NCBI RefSeq assembly: GCF_035084215.1
Contig: NC_090342.1
Span: forward strand, 20,956,001-21,020,000
Reading direction: 5' to 3'
From: Heptranchias perlo
Lineage: Eukaryota
Length of the DNA: 64,000 bases
The translations under genes were made by a program, and so were the position numbers. Positions 13,001-23,995 of this stretch are shown piece after piece. Below the pieces are notes generated by a model. It did no database searches and was not told the DNA's origin. It saw only the letters and a program-made list of their open reading frames with translations. Each line of letters opens with the position of its first letter. Positions within the stretch are counted from its first letter, which is position 1.

Positions 13001-16000
13001 CACGGGAAGGGGAGGAAAGAACAAAAGGGAAGGTCTCTGATAGGGTGGAGGGCAGGAGTGATTAAACGACAATGGGATGATGGTGCAAGACAAGGAGGGT
13101 GGTAATGGGACAAGCAAAGATGGGTCTAGAGGAGCTGTAAATGGCAACACTGGAACCATTACCGGTTGCTTTCCAAAAAAAAAATGGGAGCAGTGGTTAT
13201 GATCTGAAGTTACTGAAATCAATGTTGAGTCCAGAAGGTTGTAAAGTGCCTAATCGAAAGATGAGATGCCGTTCCTCATGTTTCCGTTGAGCTTCATTGG
13301 AACAGCGTAAGAGGCAGAGGACAGAGGTCAGAGTGGGAGTGGGACGGGGAATTAAAACGGCAAGCAACCGGCAAGTCAGGGTCATGTTTGCAGATCGAGC
13401 GGAAGCGTTCAAAGCGATCACCCAATCTGCGTTTGGTCTCCCCAGTGTAGAGGGGATCACATTGTCAACAGCGAAAACAGTATACTAAATTGAAAGAAGT
13501 ACAAGTAAATCACTGATTCACCTGGAAGGAGTGTTTGGGGCCCTGGGAAGGGTGGAAGTGAAAGGGCAGGTGTTGCATCTAACCAAATATGAACATGAAC
13601 TAATCAACTTTTGCTAAGCAATACCAGGTGACTATTGGTGAATTTGAATATTATTCCAACCTCAGTTCATTTGGTCAGCCAGGTGTCTGACAGATACAAA
13701 AATCCATCATCACGTGGAAGAGTATCCAATTCAAGCTATTTGGAAAACTAGACTCACCTGTAGGGGTTTTGTTTACCCAAAATAAAGTACATTCTCTCTC
13801 TCTCTCTCTATCTATCTCTCCCCATAAAGACACATCCCACTTCCTCACATCCAGAGCTTAGGTGTAGGTTGGCAGAGGCTAGACTTAGAAACTCCCAAGT
13901 CTGCGTAGAGGTACTGTGGAGGTTAACAAGCTAAAACTGCAGTTTACCAAAGCGGAGCACTGGTTTAAGCATCTCGGTGCTGGTTCAGCAAGGATCACCG
14001 TATCCATTGGGGTTATCTGGAGCTACTGTAGGAAAAATCCAAATTCCACCCTGCCAGATCCACCCATCCAGATTCTATTAGCTCCAATATAGAGTATTGT
14101 GGGCCTGCTTGGCTCATATTAAAGACTGCCACAGAGGGTTAACTTGGTACCAAACTTCAATTGCCAAATGTATCACCTTGGAAACATACCGACACCAAAA
14201 AGAATAACCACCCCCCTCCGCCTGAGGATAGTGAATGAGGAATTATAAACCACTCAATCTTAAAGCACTTGAACTTCAAAACATAGTTACTATCCTGCAA
14301 TTGATAGCTAACCAGAATTCTTGATTTGCTGGAAAAAATGCTGATCCTAAACAGGATTCAATCTAGATATTTCCTTAGGTTTTAACCACATTGAACAAAA
14401 GATTGATGCAGATTGTAGAGCCAAGTATCTACCACAAGATGTCATCACTACACTTCTGAATCCAGTTATTATACAGCACAATATACAAATGTCCATTTGT
14501 CGGTAGAAATCTGAGGGTTTGTGCCAGGGTCTTTCTAATTTGACATACGCAAATACGCTGAGGGGAGCACATGGACAGGATCCATGGCAGGTAGGTGAAA
14601 CTTACGCTCCCTCCAGCTCTTATTTTTAAACAGTCAGCATCCAAGTCAGGAACTGCTGAAACATTAACACCATATTCTGGGTAACACAAAAGAGATCACA
14701 ATTTCTTTTAAATTGTTGGAGGTTGGGGGGCCTGAAAACTTGCCCCTAACATGAAACGTCAACTAAAAAAAACACTAATGATTTCCAAGAGAATAGACCT
14801 AGCCCTTACTAGATACATGTAGGAAGGGGGAAAATGCCCACACAGAATGTGATATTAGCCATTTTAAATGTTGCTCTGGTGCCATACTTTGGGGTGGAGG
14901 GAGGAAAATGGGAGGCTTTTGCTTCAATGCAAGTTAAGTGGTATTGTGCCAAGCTTGTATTTATCATAAGAGGAAAATCGTGCCATTATCTTTGACAGCA
15001 TTACTAAATTAAATATAAACAAAGCATAGCCAACAGTTTATTATTTTGCTAATGGATTTTCCTTAGTGTTGCTCATTAGTCTGCAGCATGTTTATGATTT
15101 TTAACTGTTAGCCTTGCTTCTCCCTTTAAGGCTACTGCTGTAAATAGTGTACCAGTTTCAAGCTCCAAGACACTGACTGGATTTTATTTTCTTTTTAAAA
15201 TAATTTTTTTAAAAACTTGACTTGTACTATTAAGACTCAGAAGAACATCCTTATGTGCAAGTTGATTGTTCCAAGGGAAAAGTGGGCAGAGAATGTGATC
15301 ATATACAAGGATTTGATATTTTACAATGGAAAAAAATAGAAACTTTTAGATCTTAAGTGGGACTTAACTGACTCATTTTCATCCTGAAATACAATATATA
15401 ATTCCTCAAGAAAATGATACTTTCTTTAGATAGTGATATTTTCATAGCTCACTATTCCCAAGTCATATTCTGTTAGTGGTGTAACAAAGAAAAATATTGA
15501 AGCAATCTAAAAAGATCACATGAATATTCACATCCACACGGTAGCAGCTTCCCCATTTTCAAACAAAGTATCCATTACTTGGAAAAACATCCTCCATGTG
15601 ATATAAATCAAAATGTTACATCTTTCTGCAAACAAGAGCTAAAAGTTTTTGAGAAAAAGCCCTTACCAGCAGCAGCCACCGTAGAAGCCTCCAGCAGGGT
15701 CTGTGGAGAAAACATTTTACTAAATGTTTAAAAAGTCAGCTACAGTTTGCAACTCTCCTCAAAAAAAATGCTTTTTCATGAGAAATTTCTGCATAAAATC
15801 ACAACCTGAATGTGAGATTGCTGTATTTTATTTTATATAGTTTGAAATAGCTAGGGTTAAAATGGAGCCCATCTTTCCTTACCAAATTTCAAAATGAATT
15901 TTGGGAAACAAGTTGTCTACTGGACCAGGAGAGGTTGAATGATCTGAAATTCATCAGGATACAGGGGCTTCCCCCCTCCCTCCAAGTGCAACTGAATTGC

Positions 16001-19000
16001 AAATGGTCAAAGCATTAATATATAACTGTAACCCAATTAACGCACAAACACCTCTTAGTGTTCTATGCAGTAATTCCTACTATTACATCTTCAAATATGG
16101 ATAATTGCCAATTCTGACCTCAGGGGCTTTTGAGCATAAAAAGTACAGGGAATTTTCCCAGTTATCAGTTCTGGCAGTAGATAAGAGCTCCACAGCTGGA
16201 CTAGATCCAAACTCCGTGGCTGAAATGAGATTTTCATCAGCTACACACAACATCCCATTTGGAAGATCTACCAAGAGACAAATCTGACTATTTCATCTAA
16301 AGGTCCCATCACTCACCAGACCTTGTAAGAAATACATTATTAAAAATGACTATTTTAACTCTATAAGGATGGGTTCCAATGTTATTGTTTAAGTATTATG
16401 CTGATTCAGTATCTTGCTGTTCTATTTGGATGAGTATTAATTAACTTGTAAATACATCTGACTGTCACTTGTCACTCATATTACACTTTTTCAGAGAGAG
16501 AGAAGAATGTGGTGAGAATCCCTTGTGATCTTCAGTAAATAATATACTGCAATTAGGGGGTCAATTGCTAACCATACATGACACTTACAAGAATGTAGGT
16601 TTTAGTTCACAGGAGACTCAGTCTGCTTATAGAAACTGCTTTTAGCTCGGAAGGAAAGTGTTGGGGAAAAAGCCTGAACAATCAACTGTTGAAAAGATTT
16701 TAATAAAGTTTAAAATCATTACACAAATTCATAAACATTTGGAGTTTAGTATAATACAAACTTGAACATTGCCACAAACTTCTAAATTGAAAGTCAAATC
16801 TGTGAAACAATTAATCCTCAGCATAATTCTCTTTGTCCACTGATTTTATGAATAGAAACCAGGACTTGAACGTTCTCATTTGGCATTTCTTCTTTTTTGA
16901 GGCCTAATCTTATAAATATTAACAGCAAGTTCCCAGTTTTCTGTGGTATAGAATCATAGAAAGGTTACAGCACAAAGGAGGCCATTCGGCCCATTGAGTC
17001 TGCGCCGGCTCTATGCAAGAGCAATCCAGCTAGTCCCACTTCCCCGTCCTATCCCTGTAGCTCTGCAATTTTTTTCCTTTCAAGTACTTGTCCAGTTCCC
17101 TATTGAAGGCCATGATTGAATCTGCCTCCACCACCCACTCGGGCAATGCAGTCCAGATCCTAACCACTCTTTATGTAAAAAAGATTTTCCCCATGTCACC
17201 TTTGCTTCTTTTACCAATCACCTTAAATCTATGTCCTCTGGTTCTTGATCCTTCCACCAATGGGAACAGTTTCTCTCTATCTACTCTGTCTAGACCCTTC
17301 ATGACTTTGAATACCTCGACCAAATCTCCTCACAACTGTCTCTGTTCCAAGGAGAACAACCCCAGCTTCTCCAGTCTATCTACGTAACTAAAGCCCCTCA
17401 TCCCTGGAATCATTCTAGTAAATCTTTTCTGCACCCTCTCTAAGTCTTTCACATTTTTCCTAAAGTGCAGTGCCCAAAACTGGGCACAATACTCCAGTTG
17501 TGGCCGAATCAGTGTTTTATAAAGGTTCATGACTTCGATACTTTTGTACTCCAGGTCTCTATTTATAAAGCCCAGGATCCCGTATGCTTTCTCAACCTAT
17601 CCTGCCACCTTCAACGACTTGTGCACACATACCCCCAGATCGCTCTGTTCCTGTACCCCTTTTAGAGCTGTGTCCTCTAGTTTATATTGCCTCTCCTTGT
17701 TCTTCCTACTGAAACGTATCACTTCGCATTTTTTCTGCGTTAAATTTCATCTGCCACTTGTCCGCCCATGCCACCAGCCTATCTCTATCCTCTTGAAGTC
17801 TATCTCTATCCTCCTCACTGTTCCAAGTTTTGTGTCATCTGCAAATTTTGAAGTTGTCCCCTGTACACCCAAGTCCAAGTCATTAATATATATCAAGAAA
17901 AGCAGTGGTCCCAGCACCGACCCATGGGGAACACCACTGTACACCTCCCTCCAGTCCGAAAAAAAACGTTCACCACTACTCTGTTTCCTACACATAGCTA
18001 ATTCTGTATCGATGTTGCAACTGTCCCCTTTATTCCACAGGCCGCAATCTTGATGATAAGCCTACCATGCAGCACTTTATCAAACGCCTGGTAGTACTGA
18101 AAATATTTACAGAAGTGGAACAAAAAGCAGCTGCTTATTCAATGACTCTATAGGAACACGTTTTGCTAGTGTTTGGCCAGACTTCTAGATCAAACATTGC
18201 ACAAAGGACTCTCACAATAAGATACATTGGCTAGACAAACTTCAGTTTTGTATGGGACCATGCAATCCTTAACAAGAGCTTAACTAAATGACATGAAATC
18301 ATAAAGTCTTTTATATAACCTCAATCCAATGCATTTGTTGAGTACTTACAAAAAAAAACAGGAGATACAGATTAACAGGATGCTGATGTCTGTAGATTGC
18401 CAGAGCAATTATGAGACCCAGAGATCCTAAACCAGCTACCAACACCAATGCAGGGCTAGAATAGGAACAAGGCAATAAATTAGAAGCACATATGTATAAT
18501 AGAAAAAGTGTATGCATTTTTATTAAATTTAAAATGAGTTTATTACATAGTAGCAGCCTACAACAGAAGAACTTCTGAACTCTATTTCTGACAATATTAG
18601 AGCTGAAATGGAATAGACAGCTTATGCCACAGTTTTACTGTAGCATAAATGGTCACAACCACCTCAAATTGGTCACAATAAAACAAAAGTATGGACATAT
18701 GTGATCTAAAACAAACAGAACTAATCCATCAGTATGTAACTTGTGTTATATAATTAATGGTATAGTTACCTTGCATGAACAAAATCCTTGATTGTATCAC
18801 TATACATGAAAACAGCAGACATCACAGTGGTCAGAATAATCTGGACTGACAAGATGCTATACACCTTCCGCAGAAATCCTATCACAAGAAAAGAACTTAT
18901 AAAGAACAATAGAAATCCTATCACAAGAAAAGAAATTGTTTACAATTGTCAACCCCAGTCCATCACCGGCATCTCCACATCAAGAAAAGAACTGACATTA

Positions 19001-19887
19001 AGCAGAAAGAATCTGGAGGCAATATTCATAAAACAAGGAACATTATGTAAACGGTGACATAAGATATTTGTTAATCACTGCAAACTACTTTTTTCACCCT
19101 TTGATTGTCAGGGGTTAACCTTTCCAACATCTTCCCTATAGCTCTCCCACTGCCCCCAACTGATATCACCATGACATCTTCCAGAATGTTTGGTCATTCA
19201 CAACCTCACTATCACAAGTCCAACGACACCCTGACGCCTACCAAAACGTGGCTCACAGATGGTGATTCCTATCTCCTGGTCATATATTTCACCACTTAGC
19301 CTGCCCAGGAGATGTGGCCCTCATTAAATCATACACACCTTGTGAAGCGCCGTGGAATTGTTTTTATATGTTATATGGGCGTTATATCGACAGAAGTGGT
19401 TGAAATCATAGCTTTAATAGCAAGAGCCCACTAAATATAATTGGGGACTACTGCCGTGAGAATTGGACCTTACCATTTCTTTAAATACTAGATTGCCACC
19501 TCTACTCCCATTTCGTACACGTAGTAAATGTTTGTGTCGATGATTTTAATGGATAGGCAAGTTTCTACGATTCTGAAATACAGGATCACAAACATGGAGC
19601 GAAAGGGCCCGACACCAGCTCTCCCCGACCGGTCGGTCGGTAGCGGGCCCGACACTTGCTCTCCCCGGTCAGTCTCAGTCGGTCGGTCGGTAGCGGGCCC
19701 GACACCGGTTTAATCAACCGCTGCGACGTCGGGCCCAGGAGCGCCTTCCGCAGGCCGCAGTCCGCAATATTTTATTTTTATTCATGTCCTCTGTCCTCTT
19801 ACCCATCCGAATATCGACGCTGGCAGACGCCACACTACTCCCGTAGTTAAAGTCATCTTCTATGGACGATCTGGGGTACGGATCCAT
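9888..19887 (-). CDS. TMBIM4: Transmembrane BAX inhibitor motif protein 4 (GAAP/lifeguard 4); exons 19887-19803, 18878-18770, 18455-18350, 15700-15667, 12516-12399, 11124-11079, 10094-9888; 234 aa
   Basis: [38 protein letters not shown]...[31 protein letters not shown]; all introns GT-AG; 85+109+106+34+118+46+207=705 nt in frame. Confidence 0.97.
11079..11124 (-). CDS. TMBIM4: TMBIM4 exon 6
   Basis: ctttag|T CTC TTT GCA ([15 protein letters not shown])|gtaagt. Confidence 0.93.
12399..12516 (-). CDS. TMBIM4: TMBIM4 exon 5
   Basis: [39 protein letters not shown]; tttag / gtatgt. Confidence 0.95.
12823..13580 (-). mobile_element. Penelope-like element fragment (GIY-YIG remnant plus terminal repeat)
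   Basis: Homologous to 20209-21422; minus strand has an FNLVYCFRC...LYTGETK remnant and [18 protein letters not shown]. Confidence 0.8.
15667..15700 (-). CDS. TMBIM4: TMBIM4 exon 4
   Basis: ttctccacag|ACC CTG CTG GAG ([11 protein letters not shown])|gtaagg; 34 nt. Confidence 0.93.
16948..18088 (-). mobile_element. CR1/HER1 LINE, 5'-truncated, decayed reverse transcriptase
   Basis: [22 protein letters not shown]...[21 protein letters not shown]; (ttctatga) tail. Confidence 0.92.
18350..18455 (-). CDS. TMBIM4: TMBIM4 exon 3
   Basis: [35 protein letters not shown]; ctag / gtaagt. Confidence 0.95.
18770..18878 (-). CDS. TMBIM4: TMBIM4 exon 2 (alternative in-frame start at 18917)
   Basis: [35 protein letters not shown]; gatag / gtaact. 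Confidence 0.93.
19605..19706. repeat. GC-rich minisatellite in TMBIM4 intron 1
   Basis: gggcccgacac at 19605, 19645, 19695; ggtcggtcggtagc present twice. Confidence 0.8.
19803..19887 (-). CDS. TMBIM4: TMBIM4 exon 1 (coding part)
   Basis: gcgATGG Kozak context; ATG G|gtaaga. Confidence 0.95.
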
Positions 19888-19899
19888 CGCTCAAACTCG

Positions 19900-20000
19900 C
19901 TCCGCTCCTTTTAATTTCTGGAGAGAAAGATTCCGCTCCCTTGAGACTCAAATCAACCACTTCCGGTCTGGGCCCAACCACCTCGGTGATGACGTATCCA
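19900..20000 (-). promoter_or_regulatory. TMBIM4: TMBIM4 proximal promoter
   Basis: CpG-rich; ETS site CCGGAAGT (19959-19966); CRE/ATF-like GATGACGT (19988-19995). Confidence 0.6.
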
Positions 20001-20208
20001 ACGCAACAACAACCAGAGCCTTTTATTTAGACAAATGTCCCAAAGCGTCCTTCACATAAGTGAAATTAGACAAATATCGTGCAAAGAAGGAAATGTTAAC
20101 AACAACTGGCATTTATATAGAGCCTTTAACGTAGTAAAACGCCCCAAAGCGCTTCAGAGGAGTGTTATTAAACAACATTTGACACAGGGCCACATAAGGA
20201 GATATTAG

Positions 20209-21422
20209 ATCAAAAGCAAAATATTGCAGATGCTGGAAATGTGAAATGAAAACAGAAAATGCTGGAAATGCTCAGCAAGTCAGGCAGCATCTGTGGTGAA
20301 AGAAAGAGTTAAAGTTTCAGGTCGATGACCCTTTGTCAGAACTGGAAGAAGTTGAAGGTTAAACGGTTTTTAAGCAAGTACAGAGCCAGAGGGAGGGGGA
20401 GAGGAATGAACAAAAGGGAAGGTCTCTGATAAGGTGGAGGGCAGGAGTGGTTAAATGATAAAAGAGATGATGGTGCAAGGTAAGGAGGGTGGTAATGGGA
20501 CAGGTAAAGAAACAACATTTCCTGTGCCATTTCCACCACCTCCAGCGCGATGTCACCATCAAACACATCTTCCCTTCCCCTCCCCTCCCCTTTCAGCATT
20601 CCGAAGGGACCTCTCCCTCCGCGACACCCTGGTCCACTTTTCCATCATCCCCAACACCCACTCTCCTCTCCACGGCACCTTCCTGTGCAAGCGCAGGAGA
20701 TGCAATACCTGCCCTTTCACCTCCTCACTTCCCACCATCCAGGGCCCCAAACACTCCTTCCAGGTGAAACAGTGGTTTACTTGTACTTCTTTCAATTTAG
20801 TATACTGTATTCACTGCTCACAATGCAGTCTCCTCTACATTGGGGAGACCAAACAAAGATTCGGTGAATGCTTTGCTCAACACCTCTGCTCAGTCCACAA
20901 GCGTGACCATGACCTGCCATTTTAATTCCCCATTCCACTCTGATCTCTCTGCCCTCGGCCTCTTACACTGTTCCAATGAAGCTCGAGGAACAGCACCTCA
21001 TTTTTCAATTAGGCACTTTACAACCTTCTGGACTCAACATTGATTTCAATAACTTCAGATCATAACCACTGCTCCCATTTTATCGGACAGCAGGTGGTGG
21101 TAATGGTTCTGATGTTGCCATTTACAGCTCCTCTAGACCCATCTTTTGTTTCTTTACTTGTCCCATTACCACCTTTCTTGCCTTGCACCATCATCCCTTT
21201 TATCATTTAATCACTCCTGCCCTCCACTCTATCACAGACCTTCCCTTTTGTTCTTTCCTCCCCTCACCCCTTTTTCCTGGCTCTGTACTTGCTTAAAAAC
21301 TGTTTAATCTTCAACTTCTTCCAGTTCTGAAGAACGGTCATCGACCTGAAACGTTAACTCTGTTTCTTTCTCCACCGATGCTGCCCGAGTTGTTGAGTAT
21401 TTCCAGGAATATCTGTTTTTAT
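20209..21422 (+). mobile_element. Penelope-like element with GIY-YIG endonuclease remnant and inverted terminal repeats
   Basis: CKRRRCNTC...[29 protein letters not shown]; ~20240-20515 is the inverted copy of ~21146-21422; 14-bp TSD taaggagatattag. Confidence 0.88.
21323..21359 (+). ncRNA. Minimal type-I hammerhead ribozyme motif (Penelope terminal repeat)
   Basis: AGTT-CTGAAGA-AC-GGTC atc GACC-T-GAAA-CG-TT-AACT. Confidence 0.6.
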
Positions 21423-23689
21423 TAAGGAGATATTAGGAAAGATGGCCTAAAGCTTGGTCAAAGAGGTAGGTTTTAAGGATGGTCTTAAAGGAGAGAGGTA
21501 GCAAGGCAGAGAGGTTTAGGGAGGGAATTTCAGAGCTTAGGGCCTTGACAGCTGAAGGCACGGCCGCCAATGGTGGAGTGATTAAAATCGGGGATGCACA
21601 AGAGGCAAGAATTGGAGGAGCGTGGAGATCACAGGAGGGCTGGAGGAGGTTACAGAGATGGGGGGGGGAAACAAGGCCATGGAAGGATTTGAAAACAAGG
21701 ATGAGAATTTTAAAATCGAAGCGTTGCCGGACTGGGAGCCAATGTAGGTCAGCGATCTCAGGGGTGATGGGTGAACGGGACTTGGCGTTACAGTTGGCAG
21801 AATTTTGAATGAGTTGAAGCTTAAAGAGTGTAGAATTTTACCCACTTTGTAGGATTTCATTCTAATGTCTATAAATTTTAGGTTCAAACCCAGAGGGAAG
21901 ATCAGTTACAGAGATAAGTCAACGTAGTGGTCAAATCAATGCTGGAAGTGAGGATGGTGGAAAAAGGGGAATGGCTTGATTTTATGTTTGGAGTCTTGGG
22001 ATTTTTGTGTCCGGGGAGTCTGGCTTTTTGCGTGTATTGTCACTTTTTGGTGCATGAGGTCTCGCATTCTTTGTGCACGGAGGTTTGATGTTTTGTGTAT
22101 GGAGGTGTTTGAATTTTCTGTGTATCAGAGCTCCCATTTCTGCAAAATCATGCAGCTTACTGGCTTACACAAATGCGTGTACGCTAATCACACTGATATG
22201 AGCCCATTGTGCCTGTCTTGTGCTCTTACCTTACCTAGTGCTCCTGGCTGGCTTTCTGACACCAAGATGGGCATTGGTTGAGGGGTTAGGATTTGGGTGC
22301 AGATGTGCAGTCATCCTGAGAGAGGGCAACATGTTCCATTCTCATTGCATGACTCCCCCTGCTATGGGGCTGTGGCTCAGCATTCCCATTGATCTGCAGG
22401 GGAGCAAATTATTGGGCAAATTGTGATCCAGTTGAAGCCCCCTTCCATTCGGTCTACCAACCTATCCAAGACAGAAGAGGTAATGCAGCACTGAGCCTAC
22501 ATGGCCCCAGTACGAGCATACCTGAGAGATGCTACTATTGATGCCAGAGTCCTGCAGCCCAGCTGCAGCGTCCATTGAGATGACTTCACGCTCCATGGTT
22601 GACTGCAGAGCATCGATACCATGCGCCAGAACCCCACACAAGTTGGTAATGGATTCCTTTACACTCTCTGGCATGTTTCAGAAGCTCCCTAGCAGGCAGT
22701 CCAATGCATTCAGCAATTGCTGATGCATGGAAAGTATTTTTCTTTTAAGGTCTATATCTCTGTCCTCTTTAACAGAGCTAGAATGTGGACAATCTTGGAT
22801 GTGGGCAGATGAGGAACACGGGGACAGAGATTGAGGATTCTCACTGGAAGAACCTTGGGGAAGGGAAAAGGAAAATTCTTGAACCAAGGGTTATTTGACT
22901 GCTGGATGCTTCACAAGTAGCTATTGAGGTAGCAACTAGAACATCATTTAAAAGGGAGTGGCATAAATATCTGAAAAGGAACAATATAAAAGGTTCGGGG
23001 GAAGGGTAAGGGGGGGTCACAGGAAAGAGTGCAAGTGACTGGGGAACCTGACCGCACCTTGTGCATTGCAGGGGGTTTCTGGGATAGTTTCAGGGTGAAT
23101 ATCAGTGGGTTATAGGATTACTACTATTGTATGACTGCTGGTTACGAGGGAAATCTGAGTGTTACCAGTATCACTATTAATTATCGGTGCAATTTCAGTG
23201 AGTTACTATTAGCTCCTGGTGGAATCAAAGTTCCTCCCACCTCTGGTTTCCCCTCTCTGAATTGCTCCCCCACCTTTGTTTTCCGCTCTTCCCTGCCCTT
23301 GGTTTCCCTTCTTCGCTTGCTCACGGGTGGCCTCCTGGTTCTAGGAACTTCTCACAAATGCTGGAGCAAAACCCCCTGAGCAAAGATACTCAACTACAGA
23401 GGGGAGGGGGGGGGGGGCAACGTTTAGAAGGTAAATGCAATAACATTTGCAGACCTCATGTGCTTAGATTATCACAAGGTGAAAACTCCACCTCCAGGAA
23501 TGCCTCCAACCAGAATTGGCAACCCTATCTTTACATATAATGATGCTTAAAATGTTTGCACCATTCGGGGTATGGTTGATTAGAGAAAAAGAGTATTTCA
23601 TAGATCTACGAGTGTTAGGTAAAACAGCAAATCTAACAGCATTATTGAATATTAGAGCATAATAACAGGAAGTTGAGAGTTGCTAAAGA

Positions 23690-23796
23690 GTGGATTTGGA
23701 AGCGGCCCTGCTCGGATTGGTGCTCGGGGGGAATGGGCGGGTTGCAGTTTGGTGTCGGAGGTCTGGGACTGGTCTCACTTTGCTCAGAGCCCAACG
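23690..23796 (+). promoter_or_regulatory. HELB: HELB CpG-rich promoter / 5' UTR
   Basis: Reverse CCAAT (gattgg ~23715), GC box gggcggg ~23735, CpG-rich to ~24050. Confidence 0.55.
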
Positions 23797-23995
23797 ATGG
23801 CCTGGCGACGCTCGGGGTTTCGGAACACCGTTGTTGTGGAAGGTTACATTTTAGCGCTAAAGGGCGATGAGGCGGAGGAAGGGTCGGACACGGAGGAGAA
23901 CCAGGAGGAGCTGCAGTTCCTCGATCTCAGCGAGATGATCAACGTGTCTCACGGCGCAAGTTCCATCAAAGCCTCTTCCGTGGCGCGGCGGTTCG
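23797..23995 (+). CDS. HELB: HELB exon 1
   Basis: acgATGG; acidic [23 protein letters not shown]; TTC G|gtaaaa. Confidence 0.85.

Larger units (their letters stand above)
20098..21820 (-). mobile_element. L2-type LINE 3' end, split by a Penelope-like insertion
   Basis: 20098-20208 plus 21423-21820 are colinear with 44470-44945; (aac)n tail. Confidence 0.85.

Noticed and set aside
17529-18053. 174-aa ORF on +
   Set aside because: Antisense frame of a CR1 reverse transcriptase fragment
19887-23797. Single bidirectional TMBIM4/HELB promoter
   Set aside because: 3.9 kb apart with two separate CpG-rich patches and repeats between them
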